Source: Magallana gigas (Eukaryota). From it: a DNA stretch of 64,000 nt. The position numbers and the translations under genes were made by a program. How positions within the stretch are numbered: position 1 is the first letter of the stretch; each line of letters begins with the position of its first letter. Shown one piece after another: positions 53,131-64,000 of this stretch. A model generated the notes under the pieces. That model was not told the DNA's origin. It saw only the letters and a list, made by a program, of their open reading frames with translations, and did not search any database. The stretch lies in contig NC_088861.1 in NCBI RefSeq assembly GCF_963853765.1, positions 21,484,281-21,548,280 of the forward strand, read 5' to 3'.

Positions 53131-53509
53131 TTTATGAGTGAATTCTAAAATTTTAATAAATTAAAATCAAAATTCAATTTAAATGAAAATAATAGTTTAT
53201 GCATAGTAATAGTGAATGATTTTGTGAGATATCAACTTTTTAATAGATAAGAATAACATGAATATGTTTACCTTTTTTTATCCCTTTGTATTGTGAAAAT
53301 AAGTTTATTAATGTAAAATTTATAATAATTTGTAGTAGTTGACACATATGCCATACCAGATAGTATACTGTATATTGAATATTCATGTACCATAAAATAT
53401 ATGGTACATGTATGTACAACAGCGCATTCCCTTAGAATGGTTTTTTATCCATATTCAATGATTTATATTTAATATAGTGACGTCTTTATAGACATTAGGC
53501 CAAATAAAA

Positions 53510-54000
53510 AAATCTGTTGTTCCGGTCACCCGACCTTCCCTATTTTATACCCCCGACCGTAAACTTTTTTTCGCCAATTTTCAAATTTTTCCGTCACTGA
53601 CTTTGATATTAGATTTAGTTTCATGCAGCAATGGCGCCCTTCAATTAGCGTGGGAACATTTTAATTCCTATCAGTTGATGGAAAAGAAGATCAATCAAGA
53701 AGTGTTTGTACCTTTTGTGCATCACAATAAATAAAATAAGACCAACCTAGGGGGCGACATACTCGCTTTATGATCTATAACTTCTCAGGAATTTCCTTCG
53801 AAAGAGATGTTGAACATGTTGAAGTCACTCTGTATTCTGAGTTCACAATCGTGTAAATTAAACCCAAAGGCAATAAAATGAGACTGAGGCTGTGAAATTG
53901 ATAATTATCCCCTGTTGTGATTTACAACTTGCCCCTGTCTTATCTTTAGAGGTTATAAATACGGGTGATGCAACCACATATGTGCATTGAAAATTACAAC
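53510..54000 (+). repeat. Dispersed repeat (second diverged direct copy at 58765-59060)
   Basis: Shared blocks CCCGACC..CCCTAT.TTTTA.CC.CCGACC.TAAA..TTTTTT, TTCTGAGTTCA.AATCGTGTAAATTAA.C and GGTTATAAATACGGGTGATGCAAC.ACA. Confidence 0.5.
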
Positions 54001-54554
54001 TGATGTTTATTTCTTTCAGTGATTATATCATAATCAGTTTCTAGCTTTTAATCAGTTAATAACACTGCCAAATTAAAGCTGAAATAATCATAAAACAAGT
54101 TGTTAACAGTTATTTTAAAAAATAAAAGATCCTCTGCATAACATTTGTAATTGGGTCAAAGGGTTGTACTAATACCTCCAAAATACACCAAAGTACGAAG
54201 ACTGATTTTATTTTTCATTAAGCTAGCACAACTGCAAAACATTTCATATATATATAAAATGCATGAATACATCAAATAAATTAATTTAAAAAAATTGGAT
54301 AATTTTTTTGAAAATTTTAGATTGCTGTTATAGTTTTTATTGATTTGTTTCTAATCCAATCGAAATCATTAAGGACTTAATCTTTGTATATCATCATTAG
54401 CATTATGCTATAGTCAAGAAATGGAAGTCTCTCTGATTTCTCAAGTTTCTACCTATTTTTCTGTATGATAGAAGTGAATCTCTCTAAAATGTTGCTCTAA
54501 GTTGGTCCCTAAATTGAATTGTAATGGAATCTGCAAGGTAATTTAAAAGATCAT

Positions 54555-54745
54555 TTTTGGGAGTTGATTTTAATCAACTCTCCTATGCAGTTACTCAGAC
54601 AAACCGAAAGTGAAACGGTGTTTGGACCTCAGCACAAATCATTGCTGCTGACAAAAATTAGTTATTGAAAATAATTGATAAATTTGATGTAATGTCATGC
54701 TAAAGCATTGTTTTCAAGGAAACTTATTCATAAATACCTTGAAAA
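54555..54745 (+). repeat. Dispersed repeat R6 (inverted copy at 1-190)
   Basis: See the entry at 1-190. Confidence 0.5.
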
Positions 54746-56878
54746 TAGTCAGATTTTAAATGGTACGAACAATTTAAATATTTTATGTAGTCGTATGTAT
54801 TCCTACGCCAGAGTTCAATATAGTCTCGTTCAACTCGACGCTCGGTTGTCTCCGTAAATCCTTGTCGGAGATTTTGCTTGGATCCATACAATGTTTGAGA
54901 AATATATCTATTACTGATACATAGTTTGATTCAATTAATTTTATCTTTAAATATTATTTAACATGATTAATTCATATGGGGGTTTTTCGATATTATAATA
55001 AATCTTGTCGAAAAAGTCCAAAAATTCATATTATAAAAATGGGCTTAATTCAAATTAAAAACTACATGTACTTGTCATGCAAAATAACATATCACTGATT
55101 TTGAAATAAATAAACATCGACAAAATCAACTCCCGTCAGTTCTTCAGTATTTTGATTTCAATTTAAAATGAGAAATATTGAGATTGACTTTTGTTCAAAT
55201 GAATCGAATAAAAATGTATGGAACCATATCATTCTGAATCAAAATTGAACCAAATTGAATGAACTCCGAATCACCCCAGCCCTAATTAATACTGCATGAA
55301 CATGTAATACTTTTTTGTATTAAAAATTTGTATTTAAAAATTATTTTTCATTGTTTCATAGTTAAAAGCTAGATGCTCCCTACCAATCTTGATTTAGTAA
55401 ATTTATTTCACTTAATAATGCCACCTGCAATGCAGTGCTAGGTCTAAGTACTAAGAAAATTATTTCATACATTTCTACTCTTTAAACAAAAACAAAAACT
55501 CAAAAAATCCCTACTTATACCTACTCTTATTTTTTTAAAGATGTTACCGGAACCAAACATATTTTTTTATTTGGCGTTATAGATAAATATGATAAATATC
55601 ATTGTAAACCTATTTTAAGATATGAATATATAACATAATTAATATAATGGATTGATGAAAAGAGTTATTCTCCTTTATCGCAACTTGTTCATATAGTACT
55701 ATTTTTATACCGTATACGGTATTTATATTGTTGTTATTTATTGTATAGGGCTATTCATTTTCTTACTACATATGCAGTGATTCATTTTGATGTGCGTCCT
55801 GAGTAAAACACGCACAAGTTTTGCTCAGGATGCATTATTTTATTTATTGTGCATCCCAAAGGACGCATCAAATTTAGAAAAACACAAACATGTTCTCACT
55901 AAGGAATTCCAGAACATCGTTTGCTCCTTTCTTAACCTACTAACAAGACACCCGATATGTTCCGAATAAAAAACACACACACTACAAAACCTGAAATTTC
56001 ATTGGTCAACACTAAATGATTGACCAATGAGATCAAATGATACATGACATTACGGCAGGAAAATTGATGTCAATCACGATGCCACCAAATAAAGCAGATA
56101 AATTTTCTCCTGAACCAGGATAGATTGACCAGAGTTTATGAAAAAGAAGACAAGTGGCAATTAATCTGAAATTCATAACAATAGAGAGGTTCATACTGAA
56201 GGGAAAGCTGATCCAGGATGTGAAATTAAATTGATAGTCGCGATAAAGAAGCAGAGAAAACTCGGAAGTGTCCCAGTGATGGCACTTAGCCTGTCTATAA
56301 TAGTATGGTCAATTAGGAATTAAGTTTGAATGAATGTAGCTTGTTCGATATTCTTTTTCTTTATGGAATAAAATATTGACTCATTGTTTTCGGCTTGGGA
56401 CTCATATTTACGATTAAGAGGGGTCCTCAGGACCCATAAAGACCATTTTCAAAATGAATCTCTGATATGTCAATAAAATCCGAAGATTTTCAAAACCCCA
56501 ACAGGCGTTTGTTTGATTCCATTAAACACAACTAATACCCCTGTTACAACATGTATGCAGGGAGATTGCTGTATAAACATTTATCGAAATGAAAATAAAT
56601 ATCAAAGAATTTAGAATTTAGGTTTTGTTCAACTTATCATTAAAGATGAAAAGTATATATCAGTTTATACCGTTTAGTATCAAACAGACACATATAATAC
56701 ATACTGCAATAAAGGTAAAAAAAATTGGAAAAAAAAATAATAGAAAAAATAAACAGTTAAAAATTCTATACAGATATTGCATATTGTCAAACCATTATAT
56801 TAGTAAGGAAATACACACCTACAAATAGGGACCGGGGGCACGGATACAACGTATGTTATTAGAATGCAAAAAAAAAAA

Positions 56879-58116
56879 TACCGTATTTTTCGGGGCATAT
56901 GCCGATGTGGGGCATTGGCCGAATTGCTAATTTTTAGACAAAATTCAAGAAAAATCCTTAGACTAGCCTAATTGGGGGATAAGCCGATTTTCAATCGATG
57001 ATTACTATAGTGAAAGTATGACCGCTGATTAAGAAAGTCACCGTATTAAGTATATACTTTCAGAATATCGATGTAGAAAGTCAAAAGAGTAATTAAAGTT
57101 ATTAAATTTGCTTAACATATATATTTCAAGCAATTTTTAAAAATTAATCTGTGTTTTGTAGCTGTTTGGTCTCTTCCGTATTCGCCGGTGTATCGTTGTG
57201 TATCGTAATTTTACATAATGTAAATTTAATTGCAACACCAACCTCCGTGGTTCTGTCTGGTAGAACTAAGTATAATATTTTACCAAACCTTTTATATTTT
57301 ATTAATACCTTATTGCTAAATCTCATTTAATCAAGTTATACTTTGAAAGCTACTTGTAAATACGGGGTATGGCGTCCATTAGCTCAACACGTGGTTTCAT
57401 ATCCAAATAGAGTTATCCCCCGTAATCGCTATGAACAATGAGAAAACAAAATACCAAACATAAAATATTTAATTTGTGTTCTTTCCATTTATTAATTAAA
57501 TAGTGACTTGCCGTTATGCAGAGAAGTTGTAATGTTAAAAACACAGTTAATGCAATGAAGTGTAACGGTGTACACTACGTGCCCCTAGGCTGTGTTTTAG
57601 TCATGGGTTTCACACCTTTGTTTATACACACGACACCAGAATACCGTTATTTCATCCAACAGAAAATTAATTGTAAAAACACATAGCATTTGATTTATTC
57701 TACACCCAAGACCAGTGATTCCTACGAACGCAGACATGAAGAATTCACCAAAATTCCGTCATATTACATTCTACCCGGTTTCGTTTTCTTTTTTACGACG
57801 CAATAATAGTTTCCAGTGTTCATACACGAACGTGGGAAAAAAATTCTTTTGATTGGGATTGTAAAGAAATATCTTGTACAGTACTGTACATTTTATTACT
57901 CACGATGTCATTACAAAAATTATCAACGGGACAACTATCGTACAATAGTTCAAACGGATGAAAAAAAACCAACCCTCATAATAAATTGCTACAACAGTAC
58001 AACGGATAAAAACAGTGGATTTTATATTTTACTGTTAAATTTTTTTAACTTTGAGTCTAAGAATAGCCGATCCCGGGGGATAAAAAATACCGGCCTATGC
58101 CCCGAAAAATACGGTA
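56879..58116. mobile_element. ~1.24-kb MITE with ~28-bp TIRs (TACCGTATTTTTCGGGGCATA..), TA flanks
   Basis: Left end AAAAAAAA|TA|CCGTATTTTTCGGGGCATATGCCG. Right end CCGGCCTATGCCCCGAAAAATACGG|TA|TATGAACC. It shares the terminal TACCGTATTTTTCG with the element at 213-1320. The interior is AT-rich non-coding. Confidence 0.55.
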
Positions 58117-58320
58117 TATGAACCAGGAACAAAATAAAATTCTGATAACAGGATAAAAAAAAAAATAATTACTGTATTTATCGTTAACAATTTTGACAAA
58201 AATAAACACAAATAACGTTTTGACAGACTGATCAATTCTCTCCAAAAGTAAAGAACAGTTTTAGGTGGAAGCAAATCTATGTATTTTGTAAGAATTTTAT
58301 AACTTAGAAATCTTATAGTT

Positions 58321-58360
58321 CTCTCTCTCTCTCTCTCTCTCTCCCTCTCCCTCTCTCTCT
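58321..58360. repeat. (CT)n microsatellite
   Basis: Direct read. Confidence 0.95.
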
Positions 58361-59132
58361 AATTCTTTGATGTTAGTTGATAAATAACACTAAGTTGATA
58401 TTGATGCAATGTACATGTATGTGTAATTCTTGCCGCGCTCGCCCCAACGGTAGCACCGTAAAACATATTAAAAAATTTAGAACTCCACAAATTGGTTTTA
58501 TACTGGTGTCTCATAATATCGCGGTACTTATTTTTACCTTAAAAAAGATATACTAAGTTATCATTTTCACATGTCATTAGTGCTGTTCAAAAAGCTTTTA
58601 TTAGACTAGCTTTTCTGAGGAACATCAATTTCCCAACATACGTAATTTATTTTGTGTGCTATTTTTAATTCACAAGTCTCATTCACATTCAAAATTAGAG
58701 AACTCCATTGTATCGCGGCATTGGAAATCTGGAAGCCAGGTTCAGTTATAAGGCCAAAAAAAAAATGATTCCTGTTTCCTGTCGCCCGACCGACCCTATC
58801 TTTTACCCTCCGACCCTAAAAGTTTTTTTGTGATCATGGTGGTGATCGGTAAATTCGCCAGAATTTCCTCAGAAAGAGAAGTGAAGATGACCAAGTCTTC
58901 TGAGTTCATAATCGTGTAAATTAACCTCACTGGCGAAAGAATGATAGAAAATTAATCTACAGACATTTTTACTGCATAAATATACCTTGTGGTGAATAAC
59001 TTGCGACTATCTTACCTTCAGGGGTTATAAATACGGGTGATGCAACAACACACTGTATATTGGAAATTACAAAAACAATGTTTATTACTTTAAATCCTGA
59101 TATTACAGTTAGTCAATAACCTTTTATTTAAG

Positions 59133-59284
59133 AAATAAACAACGTTATTTAGTGAACATAGCGTTATGAATAGCAATTGCTCTGTTGGCATATTCCATGA
59201 TGCGCGCTAGCGCATCATGGAAAATATGCCAGCAGAGCAGTTGCTATTCATAACGCCATGTTCACTAAATAATCGTTGTTTATT
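59133..59284. repeat. Long near-perfect palindrome (~73-bp arms, centre GCGCGCTAGCGC)
   Basis: Left arm AAATAAACAACGTTATTTAGTGAACATAGCGTTATGAATAGCAATTGCTCTGTTGGCATATTCCATGATGCGCGC. Right arm, starting after the central TAGC, GCATCATGGAAAATATGCCAGCAGAGCAGTTGCTATTCATAACGCCATGTTCACTAAATAATCGTTGTTTATT. Fewer than 5 mismatches between arms. Confidence 0.8.
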
Positions 59285-60939
59285 ACTTATATTTGCATTT
59301 TACCACTCGCAAATACCCTGTATTAGCCTAGACCTTGACATTTAGCTATTACATCAAAAGTAAACATTCAGACTAATGTATCTTTTTAATTCACATAGAT
59401 TTGTTAACAGAATCAATGATATGTTATGACAGTAATTCCTTTAAAATGTTATCAAAAACATGTTTTAATTATTACATGTAAATACGTCAATTTTAATGGA
59501 GTTGGAGAAAAACACATGATGTATCGTATAGTGGATTAAATCTATAACGTCATGGAAAAGTATATATAACGTTACACCTTTATGACGTCATAGTATACTG
59601 ACAGAGCAATTGCGATTATAGAGAAATAATTGCAGCTCCTCCGTATGGGCTTACAGTGGGAAAGAACAATCGAAATGCAAATATTAGTTAATAACTGCAA
59701 TAAATGTTAAAATTATCATAAAACTACGTTCTTCATTATCTTGAGAATTAAACAGATCCTCTACATAACGTACGGTAGTTAGTCAAAGGGTAGTACAGAG
59801 AGTGATTTAATTAATCATGTTGATATTGACATTAAGCTACCGGTAATACAATACAAAAATATTTATCCATAAAAGGATAAATACATTTATACACATAGAT
59901 TAAATTTTGCAAATAATATTAGTTTTTATTTTTAATTAAAAAATTAATCTATTTTTTTTCTTTGCCTGTTGTTTTCTATACATTGCATGCATCAACAAAA
60001 GACCTTTGGAAATTTTAAATCATCTATTTACATACTGAACACTGGGAATATACATCTCTCTCATTATTACACATATGCTCCAAGTTTTTAAAAATAAAAT
60101 ATTTTTTAAAAATAAATTTTTTTTCCTACCTACCTACCCTAATTTTTTTGGTCAAGTGACAGGGATCAGGAATAATTTTTTTTTTGGCCTAACGGACAGT
60201 TTTTATTTTTTTTAAATAAAATATGATTCTTCATGAAAGCAAAGTCATTAAATTATATACATTCTATTATGCTTTTTATTTAGTTTTTTTTTTATATCAG
60301 ATACATTGTGTACTTTTTATATGCCTTCTCTCCGGAAAATTTTTATTTGTGAGAAAAATTTTATTTGCCGATATATTTGACAACCTTCTTTGTACTCATC
60401 CTGAAGTTGGTGCATGAACTCCTTGTGGAAAATCGCGGAAAAAACGAGAATCCTATTTTTTGGAACATACCGCGATACAACGGAACCCGCGATATAATGA
60501 GAAGAGAGTATATCAAATTATTTCCTATATTTATCTATAACTTCCTATCGAAAATAGGTGACGTCGTTCAAAACAACTCTGGTTATGGCGGATCCATAAA
60601 ATGTCAAATAGCTCCTAGAATTTTTGTTGATTTGAAAACAAAAAATCACATAAATACATAATGAATTGCTGATTGTTAAACTTAATATAATAAATGAATT
60701 ATATTTTAGGGCAAACCAGTTTTTCTTATGTGAAAAAAAAATGCACTATCAAAAACCGGTAAAGCCAGGATATAAATGGCCTAGTACTCACCAAGTCCAA
60801 TACATGGACAAATTGCAGTGGTTTTAATCCAAGAATACTGTTTGACATCATCATGTGTCTATCTTTTCCCCCTTTTTTTCAAGCTCTGACACTGACAGTC
60901 ATGTCAGATAACCGGAAGTTGTGAAATTTTCCTTGCAGG

Positions 60940-61195
60940 GAGTGTAACTAAAATGGGTAGCGAAACCCGGGGCGGGCCGGGATTTTCGAAACTGATAACC
61001 GGGTTTTTGTTGAGTTCTTTAAAAAATACCCATTTGTTCTGCACGAAATTTGCAGGAATACAAGTTGTAATAAAGTATTCCTGCAAATTTCGTGCAGAAC
61101 AAATGAGTATTTTTTAAGAAATCAACAAAAACCCGGTTATCAGTTTCGAAAATAACGGCCCGACCCGGGTTTCGCTACCCATTTTAGTCACACTC
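60940..61195. mobile_element. 256-bp foldback MITE flanked by a 9-bp target-site duplication CCTTGCAGG (Mutator-like TSD length)
   Basis: Arms of about 120 bp, GAGTGTAACTAAAATGGGTAGCGAAACCCGGGGCGGGCCGGGATTTTCGAAACTGATAACCGGGTTTTTGTTGA..TTCTGCACGAAATTTGCAGGAATAC, around a ~14-bp centre, with 1-2 mismatches. The direct repeat CCTTGCAGG at 60931-60939 and 61196-61204 is not part of the palindrome. Confidence 0.65.
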
Positions 61196-61947
61196 CCTTG
61201 CAGGCGAAGACTAATCACCGGAATATTATAATGACGTTCGCTCTGAAAGACACTTCGTATCGAGATAGACTCACATGCAAAAAGTATGTCATTTTTTATT
61301 ATTTTTAATTTGAATTTTATTTAAAATAAACCTTGATATATTTTTAAGCAGGGACGTATATACTTCCCTGATTTTTTTGTATAAAATTTAAATAGAACAG
61401 CTTTGCAAAATATCAAAGAAACAGTCTGACGTGACCCGGAATGGGTATGTCTACCCTCTATACTATAAAAACAATTGATTTATAGTATAAAGGGTAGAAA
61501 TAAATATATATCGTTCTTCATTTACTAAATTATCTGGGAGCGTCTATGGATCACCAGAGGTTGAAGTCTGATCAAAAAACCTAAATTGCAAACTCATCAA
61601 AAAATTCTTGAAAGAAAAAAAAATTAAAACAAAACAAACATAATGATTCCACAGTAATTTAAGAATCCTCCTTATGCTATGTGCCTGCAATATCTGCCCA
61701 CACAATAAAGTTTTGTAAATTTTGGGATTTAGAATTTATATGAGTTTTATAAACTTATTTTAGAGCAGACGGAGCTTGTAGATATATCGGTGCAAGTTTA
61801 TATGAACTGGAAAATTATGAGCAGAAATCCGTCACAGATGGTCCATGCCAATGGAAAAAAAATGCCACAAGCACATGACCAGCCAGTAGAAATAAGCAAA
61901 CTAAGGATCCACAAGGCAAGCTACAGGTATAAACAATACACAATCTT

Positions 61948-62067
61948 ATTAAAATTAGACCTTTCATCTTGCTCTCTGTTATATATGGATACCGCTCGTG
62001 AAAGGAGATCCTTTCACGAGCGGTATCCATATATAACAGAGAGCGAGATGAAAGGTCTAATTTTAAT
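61948..62067. repeat. 120-bp near-perfect palindrome (centre GGAGATCC)
   Basis: ATTAAAATTAGACCTTTCATCTTGCTCTCTGTTATATATGGATACCGCTCGTGAAAGGAGATCCTTTCACGAGCGGTATCCATATATAACAGAGAGCGAGATGAAAGGTCTAATTTTAAT, with 1 mismatch between arms. Confidence 0.8.
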
Positions 62068-63257
62068 TAGATTGAAACAATACAGCATTTAATCATAGAT
62101 ACCTTGAACATTGAAATGCATGTACCAAAACAAGATATGTTATCAGATTTTACATTTAAAAATTTTTAGTACAATTATTTTTACTTAACAAATATAAACC
62201 TCAATTTTGATTTGTAATGTTCTATTGATTGATGATGAAATTAATTTAATTGAAAGGATTTAACATATTGACAACATATATAAAAATTATTAATATATAT
62301 CGAAGCAATCTAATCATTAACAGTTGAATGATATGTTATGTCAATTGTATTCAGTGACAGGAATTAATGCGCCAATTGAGGAAGTAAAAAATGCCTTCTT
62401 TGATCCTCGATATTTAAATGACAGAGCCCCCATTAGCGAGGAAGACATAACTGACTTTGCCCGTAAACTCCATCAGGTAAAACATATAAAATTTCCAGAA
62501 TCTGCGATTGGTATATTATAAGTTACTGAAAAAAATTTTGACAAAATTTGAAAATTAAGGCTAAAAAAAAATCAAAGTAGACATGAAATAGAAGTTGATG
62601 TGCAATTTGTTAAAAAATGAATCCCTGAACAAAGAGTATGTTAAAATTTCAAGTATCTGGGATTAATAGCGAGCGCAGCTCGCCGGCGCGCAGCGCCGGA
62701 GCGAAGCGAGCTCTACTGGCAAGGCATGTGTGAATGGACAATTCGGACTAGTTGCACATTCATTCAACGGTTTTTTTTTTTGGCGTCAGTAAATCGGACC
62801 AGCAATGCATTGTTTTAATCGTCCCAGTACTTCCCTGTAATCATGGCAATTTTATCACTTCACACTCTCACGAGAATCAACAAGACAATGATATGTTTTA
62901 CGGTGTAACCGTTTGGAGAGCGAAGCCAATATAAATGGGGCTAGATCAGTATATGCCTTTTTAATCATCTCTGGCATCATAAATTGTTTTGTTTGGACTC
63001 TAATCTCATTGCTTATTAAATTTGTTCAAGCCCGGCCCTGATATGCTATAGACTATAGTCTGCCCCAGGTTACTGTTTCCATCACATTTTGACATTGTTA
63101 TAGAAACGTACACAGCTAAAAGAAATACAATTGAAATCCTTCATTAAAACATCTTTTGTTTTTTTACTGACATAGATTTTCACAGGAAAGAAAAATTTAT
63201 CATTTGCAATATCACCATATATTTTTATTTAACAGCCGCTTTTTCAGCCGAACAAGT

Positions 63258-63393
<136 letters not shown>

Positions 63394-64000
63394 AAATTCA
63401 AATACAAAAACCTGTAAACAAATTTTCATTCTGGTATGTAAATAAATATTGTTTGAACTCTGAAATACTTCTTCTTTGTAAGCCAAGGGTTTTTGATCCG
63501 CGCCGCTCCTGGAGATCACAAACCCTTGGCTAGCAAAGGTAGGGATATTGATGAATAACTAATAATGAAGCAAAAAATCTTGGGACAGTTAAAAATTATT
63601 TTGATTCTATCAATATATATACATGTGTATTATTTTGATGTCTTATTGTCTAGTCTGAAGTAATGTATGCATATATATTGGATAAAACCTGGCTGCAGCT
63701 ACATGTAGTATCTACATTGCAGATCTCTGGATAATTTCTCAGCATGAAGTATTTTAACATTTTACTCCCTTATTTTAAATGTATATATGCATAAAACATG
63801 AATTAAAGAGTAAAGGCGTAATTTTTTTTATAATAAGAAAATCAATTTTCTTGAGAATATTTCTCAAGTATGGACAGATATTAAGATTATTTTTGTTCCC
63901 TAAATTCACTAAAATTTGTCATCCAAACACTGAATTATTAAATATTCAGTGATTGATTTGTGCATTAAAACTAGAGAATTGAGATAGTACCCTAGCTAAT

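Overview
This is an AT-rich, repeat-saturated window of eukaryotic (metazoan) DNA, not prokaryotic. It shows GT-AG introns, dozens of microsatellites ((TA)n, (GA)n/(CT)n, (CATA)n, (GACR)n, long poly-G/poly-C tracts), many MITEs with terminal inverted repeats, and several Helitron/Helentron-like non-autonomous elements. Each Helentron-like element has a conserved 5' end (CAAGAGGCCCATGGGCCACATCGCTCACCTGAG), an internal 150-170-bp satellite array, a (GACR)n microsatellite and a 3' palindromic hairpin. That architecture is typical of bivalve (oyster-type) genomes, so a bivalve mollusc origin is likely but is an inference. Only two convincing protein-coding loci are present. (1) A multi-exon plus-strand gene at about 28.4-33.5 kb encodes an N-terminal CxxC...CxxC zinc ribbon, a central region with RNase-H-like D motifs, and a C-terminal DnaQ-like DEDDh 3'-5' exonuclease domain (HNxxxFD and HxAxxD motifs). 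An internally deleted paralogue lies on the minus strand at 3.9-4.7 kb, so this is probably a transposon-derived gene family. (2) At least one, probably two, exons of major vault protein (MVP) lie on the minus strand at 15.4-18.4 kb, with introns invaded by mobile elements. The remaining sequence is interspersed and tandem repeats. Notable structures include two inverted copies of a 3-kb Tc1-like (TA-CAGT) non-autonomous transposon 14 kb apart, a nested ~9.6-kb palindromic region (36.7-46.3 kb), long perfect palindromes, and a foldback MITE with a 9-bp target-site duplication (TSD). Most ORFs in the supplied track begin at non-ATG codons or run through microsatellites and are not genes. All coordinates come from manual alignment by eye and should be refined computationally.
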